From Octopus vulgaris (lineage: Eukaryota): a stretch of 64,000 bases of DNA. Positions 14,041-26,169 of the stretch are shown here, in pieces. Under the pieces are notes generated by a model that saw nothing but the letters and a program-made list of their open reading frames with translations, did no database searches and was not told where the DNA came from. Each line of letters opens with the position of its first letter. The first letter of the stretch is position 1. Position numbers and translations under genes: made by a program. The stretch covers positions 62,186,001-62,250,000 of the forward strand of contig OX597816.1 in NCBI GenBank assembly GCA_951406725.2. Reading direction: 5' to 3'.

Positions 14041-14045
<5 letters not shown>
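13082..14045 (+). mobile_element. Hammerhead-bearing non-autonomous Penelope-like/retrozyme element with pseudo-LTR and inverted copy
   Basis: 13082-13303 is the reverse complement of 13823-14045. 13304-13506 is a direct repeat of 13844-14045 (period 540). Both outer ends abut (TA)n. No ORF. Confidence 0.85.
13707..13779 (+). ncRNA. Type I hammerhead ribozyme
   Basis: Stem I ATGCA(13707-11)/TGCAT(13775-79); CTGAAGA 13712-18; stem II AGC/GCT extended by a GAATTA/TAATTC hairpin; GAAA 13763-66; stem III ACC-GA-GGT; cleavage triplet GUA (after 13774). Confidence 0.8.
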
Positions 14046-14080
<35 letters not shown>

Positions 14081-14084
<4 letters not shown>

Positions 14085-14204
14085 ACTTTCAACGGATTTC
14101 GCCCAAATTTGACGTAGGTGTTGCTTAGTTTGGTTTGAAATAATGAACTGGATTAGCTTAATAATCCTAACTTAATCCCGGGCAAAGCCGGGTTATACTG
14201 CTAG
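14081..14204 (+). mobile_element. Non-autonomous Helitron 3' end
   Basis: Hairpin CCCGG-gcaaag-CCGGG (14177-14192) followed 8 nt later by CTAG|T (14201-14205), the canonical Helitron 3' terminus. Confidence 0.7.
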
Positions 14205-14479
14205 TCAAAGATATTATCACGTCCTTCTTTCTGATCTTCACCGTATTTTCTCTTTGTCTTTCTTCTTCGAATATCTTGATAGGGGGAATTAAATAAGTTA
14301 TACTCGAATTGCTGTCGGTTTATTCATAGATGATTTCATATGGATATTCACTTCTTAATTATGTTTATTCTTTTCGCTTTGTCTGCTATAACATTTGATG
14401 CCTTCTATATATTTTTGTGTAGTGTACTTGTCTATTATTTGACCAGTATCTTTTTAGGAGTCTAACTTTTCCTGCCCCA

Positions 14480-14745
14480 CGTTTCTATCACTGTGTTAGC
14501 TTGTTCTTTTTAACTGAGAGGCATGCATAGAATATGGCCGGGCATCTGACAAGTTGTGGCGATGAATGCCGTAAGTTACTCATCCTGGCCCTTTCTATAA
14601 CTTATTTTTTTTTGTTATGGTCGCGCCAATAACTTTGTATATTGATCTTACGACAATCTCATTGGAAGGCATCAGCAGTGCTATAAAATCTTCAGGTGTT
14701 TTTTCGCGACCCATTCGGATAATTTGCCGTCGGTATGAAGACTAA
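14480..14745 (-). pseudogene. Possible decayed LINE ORF1/gag zinc-knuckle remnant
   Basis: With frameshifts the minus strand gives approximately (C)HNCQMPGHI...C (CCHC-like); heavily degraded. Confidence 0.3.
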
Positions 14746-14746
14746 T

Positions 14747-14992
14747 GTGGAGACGCGTGGCTTAGTGATTAGGGTGTCAGAATCATGATCGTAAGATTAT
14801 TGTTTCGATTCCTGGACCGGGCGACGCGTTGTGCTCTTGAGCAAAACACTTCATTTCACGTTGCTCCAGTTCAATCAGCTGGCAAAAATGAGTAACGCTG
14901 CGATGGACTGACGTCCCATCCAGCTGGGGAACACATACGCCATTGAAACCAGGAAACCGGGACCATGACCCTGGCTAGGCTTTAAAAGGGCG
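14747..14992 (+). mobile_element. tRNA-derived SINE family C
   Basis: A box TGGCTTAGTGA, B box GTTTCGATTCC, body GCGATGGACTGACGTCCCATCCAG. Related to 27157-27468 and 33905-34075. Confidence 0.8.
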
Positions 14993-15334
14993 TATTTATT
15001 ATTTTTATTTTTATGAAGACTAATATATGACAGCGGAATTTGGTGCCATTCCGTTTAATTAAACCGCCTTCCCATCTTTCTATAGCCCCTTCCGACTCTC
15101 TTGGACACCTGTCGGCAAATTCACGGGCCCTTCTATTATCTGGGCTGACATTCCCGACCCAACGCACTTTGTGCCTTTATGTCGTTTACTCTGAGCTGCT
15201 TTCGAATTACCTCATTTTGGATATAACAGTGGTGGACACCCATAGCAGAGCTCCAATGAAAAACAACGCTGGAAATATTTAATCTCAGCAGATAACTAGA
15301 TAAAATGAATTCCAAATATATGCTTCATCTACTC

Positions 15335-15780
15335 TTTTACTCTTTTAATCTTTTACATGTTCCCTCATTTGTCTGCGGTCATGCTGGAGCACCGCCTTTA
15401 GTCGAGCAAATCGACCCCAGATCTTATTCTTTGTGAGCCTAGTACTTATTCTATCGGTCTCTTTTGCTGGACCGCTAAGTTACGGGGACGTAAACACACC
15501 AGCATCGCTTGTCAAGCGATGTTGGGGGAACAAACAGAGAGACGAGCATACACACACACACACACACATACACACACACACACACATATATATATATAAA
15601 TAATAATATATATATATATATATATACGACGGGCTTCTTTCAGTTTCCGTCTACCAAATCCACTCACAAGGCTTTGGTCGGCTCGAAGCTATAGTAGAAG
15701 ACACTTGCCGAAGGTGCCACGCAGTGGGAACCATGTGATTGGTAAGTAAGCTACTTACAACACAGCCACTCTTGCGCCTA
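15335..15780 (-). mobile_element. SINE family B, near full length, internal (CA)n(TA)n
   Basis: tRNA-like head at the right end (TAGGCGCAAGAGTGGCTGTGT on minus), CORE-like GGCAAGTGTCTT, microsatellite, then tail ending CAGCATGACCGCAGACAAATG. Confidence 0.9.
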
Positions 15781-16701
15781 TATGTACATCAGTCTCAGTT
15801 CTTGGAACGAATTATCGGGCCAACTCGGCGGAGAGATGCTCTACATTTCCACAATCATTTGCAGGTTTATGAACAGCTCAAAGAGTAATCTGAAACCTTC
15901 TTTTCCTATCGAAGGAAAATATGACATACGGAATACTTAGATATATTTTCGCTGAGAACAAACTTCTCACAGCAACCTAACTCATACAAACTTTGCATAA
16001 CACGTTAGAATGGATAATTTAACTGGACATAAACGCTTCTCCGAGATCGAATGACACCCCAACTCTAGTCATGAACCACAACAAAGCCAGCGTTGTTTAT
16101 ACCTGCCCGAGGTCACTCACTTAAAACAATTTACACGTTGTATGTCTAGAAGAAATGTTAAAAGAAGCAAAAATCATATCGAATAATAAACGGTGGCCGC
16201 TGGATATATTTAAATATGTAGAGATTAACCAAATGTAAGATATAAGAAGCAACCCAGGTGGATCAACGGCGCCCATTTACAGGAAAAATCAGGTAGGGGG
16301 TGAATTTACTGAAGGATTTACGCAAAATACATCTCAATTATTTTGTCTTTAGAAGATGAAATATGTCACAAAAATATTTAAAGTAACCTAAAATTCATTT
16401 ATTCTTCACAACAGCCCAGCGCCGATAACTTTGTATTTATTCTGATCAGGTATCCGTGGGCGCAACTCGGTCATTGATATTGACCGTTTTAAGCTAAAGT
16501 TACGGTTTTAGAATCTGCTCGAGTTATCTCTCTTCTGTATTTCCTCCGAAGAGAACAAGAAACGCGTTTTGTATGCCCCAAGGAGATATACTGGGCAAAT
16601 ATGATGTTTTTACATCATTTACCATTAGCAAGAATTTTTCTCTCATGCAGTTGCAGTAAATTTGCCTTTAGAATTTGATATGTCACAAATATATTTTAAC
16701 T

Positions 16702-16814
16702 AACAGGCGTAGGTAGTGGCTGTGTGGTAGGTAGCTTCCTTGCCAACCACATGGTTCCAGGTTCAGTCCCACTGCTTGACATCTTGGGCAAGTGTCTTCT
16801 ACTATAGCCTCGGG

Positions 16815-16816
<2 letters not shown>
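16702..16816 (+). mobile_element. SINE family B head, truncated at (TA)n
   Basis: AGGCGTAGGTAGTGGCTGTGTGGTAGG...GGTTCAGTCCCACTG...TTGGGCAAGTGTCTTCTACTATAGCC. Confidence 0.85.
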
Positions 16817-16881
<65 letters not shown>

Positions 16882-17545
16882 TAAGAAAGTTGGTTTGTGA
16901 AAGCACGTGGTTGAATATATAGAAAATAGTAAAAAGTGAAAAAACTACAGAAGGCTTAAAGGTTAAAATATATATATATTTGCGTCAATATGTCTGAAGA
17001 ATATTAAAAAAAATTTTTTCCTTACAATGACATAATTTAGAAGAAAGACTGGTTTCGCGTTTAGCTTTTCAAATTTCTTACGACGTTATGTTTATGTTGA
17101 ATAGAGTTATCGTTATGTTTATGTTCTAAAGAGTTCTAAATAAGGGGAGGTAATGAGTGATTTCTTCCGGTGTAAGGGAGATAATCGCTTAAAATTTTTT
17201 TCCTTTCCCTTGGTGTGAATTTCTCTGTATCAGTATGTTGGCATGGTTAAGTCTGGGCTTGTACTTTTCAATGAAGAATGTTTCCTTGTTTAGTCCAAAC
17301 CTGCTAGAAGGATCAGAATTCCTCTTTAAAGAGGGACGGAAATTCAAGATCAAATCTAACTTTACTTGTGCCTCTGAAAACATAATTTATGTCATAAAAT
17401 GCTCGGGCTGCCACCCCAAGACTACGTGGGATCCACGGGACTATCACTCAGACGTAGATGCACCCTGCATCGACAACAGATTGCATTCCCAGAATACAGA
17501 ATGATACCTTTTAGTGAGCACATTGAGAAATGCGCAAAGCAACTA
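16882..17545. mobile_element. Penelope-like (Neptune-type) GIY-YIG endonuclease fragment with internal inversion
   Basis: Plus ~17292-17545: FTCASENIIYVIKCSGC..DYVGSTGLSLRRRCTLHRQQI..SEHIEKC (frameshifted). Minus ~17295-17189: LNKETFFIEKYKPRLN, the GIY-YIG C-terminus, followed by a 3'UTR running into (TA)n. Confidence 0.85.
17041..17079 (-). ncRNA. Variant minimal type I hammerhead in the Penelope 3'UTR
   Basis: Minus: AAGAAA-t-TTGAAAA-GC taaac GC-GAAA-CCAGT-C-TTTCTT. U3-A8 replaces C3-G8; GUC triplet. Confidence 0.6.
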
Positions 17546-17630
17546 CTGGGGTCGATTTGCTCAACTAACGGCGGGGCTCCAGCATGGCCACAGTAAAATG
17601 ATTGAAACAAGTAAAAGATTAAAAGAGTAA
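17545..17630 (+). mobile_element. SINE family B 3' tail
   Basis: CTGGGGTCGATTTGCTC...CTCCAGCATGGCCACAGTAAAATGATTGAAACAAGTAAAAGA. Confidence 0.8.
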
Positions 17631-17773
17631 TCTAAAATTCGTTTATCTCAATATGATTTAACCATTATCGTTTACTTATTCCAGCCACTGGATTGCAACC
17701 ATGCTGGGATGCTCACTTCATGCGCGTGTATTTGTGTATTATGTGTTTGCGAGCGTCGTGTTATACTCTAAAC

Positions 17774-17999
17774 TAGTGTTTCCCAACCAATTTTTATCTA
17801 TGAAATTTTATGGCCATTTGATATATGAAAAAAAACCTTATTATATTAAATATTATTAAGAATTGTATAAAAAAATAGTTAAAGTGTTACAATATTCTGT
17901 GTATTCTAGAAGTAAAACCAATTTATTGCAGATAAATTTTAACAAGTAAATCTTATTTCGACCACCAAAGGCCACACGGACCCTGGTTGAGCATCACTG
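17774..17999. mobile_element. hAT (Charlie-like) MITE
   Basis: Imperfect TIRs TAGTGTTTCCCAACC / GGTTGAGCATCACTG; 8-bp TSD-like CTCTAAAC / CACTAAAT. Confidence 0.65.
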
Positions 18000-18603
18000 C
18001 ACTAAATAATCCAATATCTATGTCTGGAGCGCTATCTTTAGGATAGCATGTTATCAGTAGGATAGAAACGAGACACGCACATACACACACATATATTTTC
18101 ATATATACATATTCATAAATACACACACATAATTATGAATATATATGTATATATATATGCGTACAAATACACACACAGACACACACATATGCAGGTCCAC
18201 GTATACTTAAACTTGGATACATACAGGAAAGTATATGTACCATGTACTTACATGGGTCTCAATTGCTGGTGAATATCGGATAAAGCCATTTCCTTCCAGT
18301 GTCGTGAATAATCGAAGAATAATAAACTCGCTTTCAATAGGACAAAATAAGATTAAATATAAATAGCCAAACACCTGTCTCTGAATGATTTACACAATTA
18401 AATACACGCTATGCATTGCAATTCATTAATTTATAACTGACTCTGTCTGCAAATGTGCTATAACTGGAAACTTAGGTGGAAAATAATTATATAAATTTAC
18501 AAGTAGCAACATATCTTGCATACTCACACAGTTACATATACAAGTATTTGCAGACATCACACACACATTCATAAGTATGCATATATGTACTGAAACACAC
18601 ACA

Positions 18604-18682
<79 letters not shown>

Positions 18683-18721
18683 GTATATATAAATATTTGT
18701 ATGCATGTATATATATGTGTG

Positions 18722-18767
<46 letters not shown>

Positions 18768-18775
18768 GGCATGTA

Positions 18776-18822
18776 GATTGATAGATAGATTGATAGATAG
18801 GTAGGTAGATAGATAGACAGCC

Positions 18823-18900
<78 letters not shown>

Positions 18901-18930
18901 GTAGATAGATAGAAAGATAGATAGACAGGC

Positions 18931-18980
<50 letters not shown>

Positions 18981-19037
18981 ATACATACAGAGGTGATAGA
19001 TAGATAGGTAGATAGATAGAATGAGAGATAGACAGGC

Positions 19038-19105
<68 letters not shown>
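18776..19105. repeat. (GATA)n microsatellite with higher-order duplication of variant units
   Basis: Direct inspection; the variant block GGTAGATAGATAGAA..GATAGACAGGCA occurs twice. Confidence 0.95.
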
Positions 19106-19260
19106 GGTAATCAGAGACACACGGACATATGTAATGAAAGTCTACTTCATTTGAGCCAGGTATTTATCACTGATTGCACAACACTTCACTGGGCAATCGA
19201 TGATATCTCTTCCTGTCTGAGCATTTGTACACGCGTCTACATGCATATATGTATATATGT

Positions 19261-19351
<91 letters not shown>

Positions 19352-19694
19352 TATATGTGCGTGTGTTTGTGGGCGTGCGCGCGCAAGTGTGTGTGTTTGT
19401 GTATGTATATATACAAATATATAAATATTTAGATATATATCCTCGTCAAACATGTTACTGTAATTATGTGTATTGCGGCACGAACTTGTTGCAATTTCTG
19501 CCAGTCATGTAAAAATACGTAGAAATACGTTGGTACACACAAACACACACAAACACACACACACTCGCATACACACAAACAAGTACGCACACAAGCTACA
19601 CACACATACACGCACCTACAAACACACACGCGCGCGCACACAAACAGACGCATACAAAAACAAACAAACACACATACATACACATATATACATA

Positions 19695-20520
19695 GGCGTT
19701 GGTCTCAACCCAGAACCGACAGTACATACAGGACCGATTCTGGAGGGCAACGAAACCAGCTAAGCAGACCATATGGAGTCACCACTGACGTATTCGTGCA
19801 AGGACAGTTCGCCGCCGGCTGAGATCTTTCAATCTGTCTTCTGGACCTACGGTTAGGGGCCCCATCCTCACTGAGTGTCATCGACGGGCACGTCTGCTGT
19901 GGGCTCAAAAACGTCAGAACTGGTGATATTAGCAGGGGAGGACTGTTGTCTTCTCTGAATAAAGTCGATAATAAATTTCTGTGGCAGATGGCAGAGCTAG
20001 GGTCTAGAGAAGCGGTGACTGCATGCCGATGGCTGTGTGGTAGACAGACACTCATAGGGAGAACAGAGCATCATGGTATGGGCGGGATTGCACTCAACCA
20101 GAAACTTGGACCATTGATCTTCCAAACTATCGGCCAAGGCCTGGGCAATGGAGTAACCGCTGTTCGCTACATCGACCAAGTTTTGAGACCTCACATTGTG
20201 CAATACTTTGCCCGTCATCGGAATCGCGTGTTCCAACACGACAACACTCGAGCCCATACTGCCAGGTTGACAACAGACTTCCTGCAACAGCACAACATCC
20301 AGACACTGCCATGGCCTGCTCTAAGTCCGGACTTCAATACCACAGTCCGAGGTTGACGACTGCGGCACAATTCACTGCATGTTTTAACAGACGGTGGGAT
20401 GCTATCCCCATGGCCTTCCTCAATTGTTTTGTGCATTCAATGTACTTACGATGCCCGGCGGTAATCAACGCTAACGGTAGTCACACGAGATATTGATTTC
20501 ATCTCTTTGGATTCATTCAT
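19695..20520 (+). pseudogene. Decayed Tc1-family transposase
   Basis: Frameshifted translation RTVRRRLR..GPILTECHRRARLLWAQ..VVFSE*SR..SIMVWGGI..VFQHDNTRAH..LPWPALSPDFN..VINANGSHTRY*. Confidence 0.9.
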
Positions 20521-20607
20521 TCATACATATATTCCCACGCAGGAAAATATATAGGAAAATTCGTTTTGAGGTTCGAAAATGTCCCAGAATCTAAAAAACA
20601 TTAAGCC

Positions 20608-20655
<48 letters not shown>

Positions 20656-20970
20656 TCAGAAACAAAAAATGTCGAAGTTAGTCTGGTTTGTGAATAAATC
20701 TATTTAAAAACGACTTATGAATGTCTGTAAGCCCTAAACGTTTATGACATTAAATTAAATACATATATATGGTTAATATCTATGTATATATACATGTGTA
20801 TATGTATATATACACACACACACTCACAAACACACACACACACACGCAAACACATACACACACACACATATATGCATTTATATGCATATGTATATGCATA
20901 TATATATGTACATGTACATATGCATCTATATATATATATATATGTATGTATGTATATATATATATATGTA

Positions 20971-21085
20971 TTGGCCTGCTCACTTAGCATGCGGGGTAGC
21001 GTCATTTGAAAGCTAAAACAATGCGAAGCGCATTGTGACCAGCGATATGTAGCAAAATCTGATAGCCTGGTCGGTCACAGTGATA
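20971..21085 (+). mobile_element. Short GC-rich structured insert in (TA)n, probable 3' end of a retroelement
   Basis: Hairpin CAATGCG-aag-CGCATTG and GTGACC...GGTCAC pairing; flanked by (TA)n. Confidence 0.4.
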
Positions 21086-21126
21086 GATATATATATTTAT
21101 ATATACATTCATATATATATATATAT

Positions 21127-21175
<49 letters not shown>

Positions 21176-22109
21176 TATCTCTATCTCTATATATACATAT
21201 ATATGTATATGTGTATCTGTCTATCCATCCACTGATTTCTATATAAGTACATATATCTGCATGTGTGTATGCGTGTATGTGTTTGTACTTATATGTATAT
21301 ATGATTTTTAACACATACAACACGGCACCTAAGCATGCAGACAGACGGAACCAGGGAAGTAATATATTCTATATTTGTTTTATTATTCTGAGCTCATGTC
21401 GTTGAATAAAATCGAATCTTGTTCAGAATTGTCGCATGTCTTATACTTTCTCCGTTTGGAATAATTCATTTTGAACTTTATCCGTTATGAACAATCGTGA
21501 CCAGTATGAGAAAAGACTAGAAATATGCGAACAAACTATTAGCTTTATTTATCTTTCTTTGACCTTTACAATCTTCGGTTATTCAACCTACGTTATATGT
21601 ATGGTTATTATTTTTGGTTTTTTGTTGTTATATTCTTACATAACAATGCTTATCCTTACATTACATAGAAATAATTCCAACGACAAGTCGTTTAACACTT
21701 GAGTTATCAATAACTTGAAGAATGAATGAATTATGTTACGCTGACGTGTCTAGGGTACTTCATTTAGAACATGAAAAAAAAAGATAGATAAAAAAGACGA
21801 ATTCTTGCAGTATATATCCGACATTATGTAAAAATGTCTACGGGATGCCTATTTTGTAGTATTTGTTAGAGCATTAAACAGTTGCAGAACTGTTATTTAA
21901 ATGTCAAGCTGCAGAGCTGCATAAGTTGCAAAATTTCTTATTGTAAAGCTGACAAAGGTACACGGTAATGATGCAACAGTGGGTTAGAAGATGAAGATGA
22001 CACTACTGCAAAGTTACAGACACACAGTCACAGACACACAGACACACACACACAGCTAAGCACACACGCACACACACACACAAAATGTATATACACATAT
22101 AGATATATC

Positions 22110-22155
<46 letters not shown>

Positions 22156-22223
22156 TACATATTTATATATATACATATATATACATATTTATACATATAT
22201 ATACATATATATATATATACACA

Positions 22224-25200
22224 AGGTCTGGTGAGATAGTCGAGATGCTTGAACGGAGATGTGTGGATATATGTTGCATGCAAGAAATAAGGTGGAGAGG
22301 AGGATCAGCTAGGTTCCTCACAGGCAAGGAACGCAGGTACAAGATTTTCTGGGCAGGTAACACTGACGGGGTTGGTGGCGTGGGTATACTTATCGCTGAG
22401 AAATGGGTAGATAAAGTAATTGAGGTAATCAGAGTAAGTGACAGAATACTTAAGATTAGATTAGTGCTTCGTCATAGTTTAGCAACCATTATATCAGCCT
22501 ATGCTCCTCAGTCGGGGCTACCCGATGGACAGAAAGACCGATTCTATGACACTCTACTGCAGACTACCTCATTGACGAACGACAGAGACCTTATCTTTGT
22601 GGCTGGTGACTTCAATGGTCACGTTGGACGACATGCTGGGGGCTTCCATGGCGTACATGGAGGCTATGGCTATGGCTCCCGCAACGAGGAGGGAACCAGG
22701 CTGCTGGAGTTCTGCGATGCAAATAATCTTATGATTTGCAACACTAACTTCAGGAAACCTACCAGCCACCTAGTCACTTACCAATCGGGCCAACATACCA
22801 GCCAAATTGACTACATCCTTACAAGGCAAAGGGAGAGATGGCTGCTTATAAATGCCAAAACCTTCCCAGGTGAAGAATGTACCCCACAACATAGACTGGT
22901 AGTTAGTGACTTTAGGATCAGGACTAGGAGGACAACCAGAAGACGACAAATATGGAGAAGAAGGATCTGGAAGCTTAAAGATCCTGCAAATGGACAGAGA
23001 TTTAGGGACATATTACTTGAAGCCTCTGACGAAGTAGAAGGGGATAGAGCATCACAGGGGGTAGAAGACAGCTGGACGTTTCTAAGGGACAACCTGCTGA
23101 GAGCCACTGACCAGATCTGTGGCTGGTGCAAAGTCCCCTCTCGACCTAGAATAACGTGGTGGTGGAACAATATTGTAGACAGGGCTATTAGAGAAAAGAG
23201 ACAGGCTTGGAAGGTCTGGAAAAATGGGGGTAGCAGGGAATTGTATCAGACTGCCAAAAGAGAAGCTAGGAGACAGGTTTATTTAGCCAGAGGGGAAGCA
23301 GATAAGAAAAAATTTGCCAATGTTCTGCGCCGTGAGGACCAAAGACTGGAGGTGTTTCGTGTTGCAAGACAGTGTGTGAGAGAGAATCGTGATGTGGTAG
23401 GAGAGAAGTGTGTTCGCATGGAAGATGGTTCACTTGCGCTAAATGAGGATGCAAAGAGAGAGGTTTGGAGATGCCACTATGAAAGGTTGTTGAATGAAGA
23501 AAATGAATGGGATAAAGAGAGTCTGCCGAATGTTGACCCAACAGAGGGACCAGCTATCCGAGTTGATAGTTCTGTGGTAGCTAAGGCAATAAGAAGCATG
23601 AAGACAGGGAAAGCCCCAGGCCCATCAGGAATCACTGCAGAGATGCTCAAAATGTCTGGTAGTGTTGGCTATAGCCTAGTCACCCATATAGTTAATCAGG
23701 TGATACACAAAGGGGTCATACCCAATGACTGGTGTAGCAGTATAATAGTCAACTGCTACAAAGGTAAAGGTGATGCCCTAGATACAAATAACTACAGAGG
23801 TATCAAGCTGTTGGACCAGGTGATGAAGGTTACGGAGAGGGTCATAGCCCAACTAATTAGAGAGAGAGTTAGTTTAGATGAGATGCAGTTTGGGTTTGTG
23901 CCAGGGAAAAGTACTACTGATGCTATATTCCTGGTAAGGCAGCTGCAGGAGAAATACCTAGCCAAAGATAAGCCCCTGTACCTGGCTTTTGTTGACATGG
24001 AGAAAGCCTTCGACAGGGTCCCCCGATCCCTTATCTGGTGGGCAATGAGAAAACTAGGGATAGATGAATGGTTAGTGAGAGCTGTGCGGGCCATGTATAG
24101 GGACGCCGCTAGTAGGGTGAGGGTTGGAAATGAGTACAGTGAAGAATTCCGGGTAGAGGTAGGGGTCCACCAAGGCTCAGTACTCAGCCCCCTCCTATTT
24201 ATCATAGTCCTCCAGGCAATAACGGAGGAATTCAAGACAGGATGCCCTTGGGAGCTCCTCTATGCTGATGACCTTGCTCTAATTGCTGAGTCGCTATCAG
24301 AACTGGAGGAGAAGTTTCAGGTGTGGAAACAAGGATTAGAATCGAAGGGCCTCAGAGTCAATCTAGCTAAAACCAAAGTCGTAATCAGTAGGAAGGTTGA
24401 CAAATCACAAACACCTTCAGGTAGATGGCCCTGCTCGATCTGTAGAAAAGGTGTAGGTAGAAACTCTATAAGATGCACCAAGTGTAAGCTATGGACACAT
24501 AAGAGATGCAGCAATGTCAAAGGAAGGCTAACTAGGAAGATGGTTTTTGTATGTGGCAGATGCTCAGGAACAATAAACACTGAAAATGCTCTGAGACCAA
24601 CTTCTGTCACTTTCCAGGGAGAAAAACTAGAAATAGTTGATAGTTTCCGTTACCTAGGTGACCAAGTCAGCAGCGGGGGCGGGTGTGCTGAAAGTGTAAC
24701 TGCTAGAGTAAGAATAGCTTGGGCAAAGTTCAGAGAGCTCTTACCTCTGCTGGTGACAAAAGGCCTCTCGCACAGAGTGAAAGGCAGACTGTATGATGCG
24801 TGTGTACGAACAGCCATGCTACATGGCAGTGAAACATGGGCCGTGACTGCTGAGGATATGCGTAAGCTCGCTAGAAATGAAGCCAGTATGCTCCGATGGA
24901 TGTGTAATGCCAGTACTCACACTCGGCAGAGTGTAAGTACCTTGAGAGAAAAGCTGGACCTAAGAAGCATCAGTTGTGGTGTGCAAGAGAGACGTTTGCG
25001 CTGGTATGGTCATGTGGCGAGAATGGATGAAGATAGTTGTGTGAAAAAGTGCCACACCCTAGCGGTTGAGGGAACCTGTGGAAGAGGCAGACCCAGGAAA
25101 ACCTGGGACGAGGTGGTGAAGCACGACCTTCGAACTTTAGGTCTCACTGAGGAAATGACTAGAGACCGAGACCTCTGGAAGTGTGCTGTGCACGAGAAGA

Positions 25201-25817
25201 CCCGGCAGGACAAGTGAGTCCACAACCCGTGGCCTTCTACATGGGAGGGAGCCAGCCTACGTATGCATACCTTCCCTTCTTGGGACACAAAACTCTACTT
25301 GTGAAGACGTGTTGAGGCAAGTGAGGATCAGAATCGAAATCGATCAATGGAAATTGCGGATGTGCTACCAGTGCCGGTGGCATGTCGAAACTCTGCTTGT
25401 GAAGACCCATTGAGGCAAGTGAGGATCAGAATCGAAATCGATCAATGGAAATTGCAGATGTGTTACCAGTGCCGGTGGCATGTAAGAGAACTTTCCGTTT
25501 CGCGACCGTTGCCAGCACCGCCCCGTTTCGTGTCCGTTGCCAGCCTCGCCTGGCCCTCGTGCCGGTGGCACATAAAAAGCACCATTCGTTCGTGGCCGTT
25601 TGCCAGCTCTGTCTGGCACCAGTGCGGGTGGCACGTAAAAAGCACCCACTACACTCACGGAGTGGTTGGCGTTAGGAAGGGCATCCAGCCGTAGAAACAC
25701 TGCCAGATTTGACTGGGCCTGATGAAGCCTTCTGGCTTCACAGACCCCAGCAGAACCGTCCAACCCATGCTAGCATGGAAAACGGACGCTAAATGATGAT
25801 GATGATGATGATGATGA
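22224..25817 (+). mobile_element. RTE-clade LINE, slightly 5'-truncated, inserted in TA-rich microsatellite
   Basis: Single long ORF, ~580-bp 3'UTR, (GAT)n tail at ~25793-25817; sharp GC contrast with the flanks. Confidence 0.95.
22245..25217 (+). CDS. LINE ORF: AP-like endonuclease + reverse transcriptase with PHD-like insertion (990 aa)
   Basis: EN motifs [28 protein letters not shown]; RT motifs [42 protein letters not shown]; C-terminal [17 protein letters not shown]. The frame is open to 22224 but lacks the first EN motif. Confidence 0.95.
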   Translation: MLERRCVDICCMQEIRWRGGSARFLTGKERRYKIFWAGNTDGVGGVGILIAEKWVDKVIEVIRVSDRILKIRLVLRHSLATIISAYAPQSGLPDGQKDRFYDTLLQTTSLTNDRDLIFVAGDFNGHVGRHAGGFHGVHGGYGYGSRNEEGTRLLEFCDANNLMICNTNFRKPTSHLVTYQSGQHTSQIDYILTRQRERWLLINAKTFPGEECTPQHRLVVSDFRIRTRRTTRRRQIWRRRIWKLKDPANGQRFRDILLEASDEVEGDRASQGVEDSWTFLRDNLLRATDQICGWCKVPSRPRITWWWNNIVDRAIREKRQAWKVWKNGGSRELYQTAKREARRQVYLARGEADKKKFANVLRREDQRLEVFRVARQCVRENRDVVGEKCVRMEDGSLALNEDAKREVWRCHYERLLNEENEWDKESLPNVDPTEGPAIRVDSSVVAKAIRSMKTGKAPGPSGITAEMLKMSGSVGYSLVTHIVNQVIHKGVIPNDWCSSIIVNCYKGKGDALDTNNYRGIKLLDQVMKVTERVIAQLIRERVSLDEMQFGFVPGKSTTDAIFLVRQLQEKYLAKDKPLYLAFVDMEKAFDRVPRSLIWWAMRKLGIDEWLVRAVRAMYRDAASRVRVGNEYSEEFRVEVGVHQGSVLSPLLFIIVLQAITEEFKTGCPWELLYADDLALIAESLSELEEKFQVWKQGLESKGLRVNLAKTKVVISRKVDKSQTPSGRWPCSICRKGVGRNSIRCTKCKLWTHKRCSNVKGRLTRKMVFVCGRCSGTINTENALRPTSVTFQGEKLEIVDSFRYLGDQVSSGGGCAESVTARVRIAWAKFRELLPLLVTKGLSHRVKGRLYDACVRTAMLHGSETWAVTAEDMRKLARNEASMLRWMCNASTHTRQSVSTLREKLDLRSISCGVQERRLRWYGHVARMDEDSCVKKCHTLAVEGTCGRGRPRKTWDEVVKHDLRTLGLTEEMTRDRDLWKCAVHEKTRQDK

Positions 25818-25979
25818 TATACATATATATATACATATAAACATTTTTAAGGATTTTAAGGATATATATATATATATGCATTTATATATATATATGTGTA
25901 TATATATATATATGTATTTATATATATATGTGTGTATTTATATGTATATATATATATGTATTTATATGTATATATGTAT

Positions 25980-26029
<50 letters not shown>

Positions 26030-26132
26030 TGTGTGTGTATATATATATATGTATGTATATATATATGTATATATATATATATATATATATTGTGTGTGTA
26101 TATATATATATGTATGTATATATATATATATG

Positions 26133-26169
<37 letters not shown>

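Noticed and set aside
16988-17035. CTGAAGA on plus with a possible stem I
   Set aside because: No GAAA or stem II in the correct position.
25719-25745. CTGATGA followed by a hairpin in the RTE 3'UTR
   Set aside because: The hairpin is followed by TCAC, not GAAA, and there is no stem I/III; it is the LINE 3' stem-loop.
22569-25763. Antisense and 3'UTR ORFs overlapping the RTE
   Set aside because: Shadow frames of a GC-richer coding element with no motifs.
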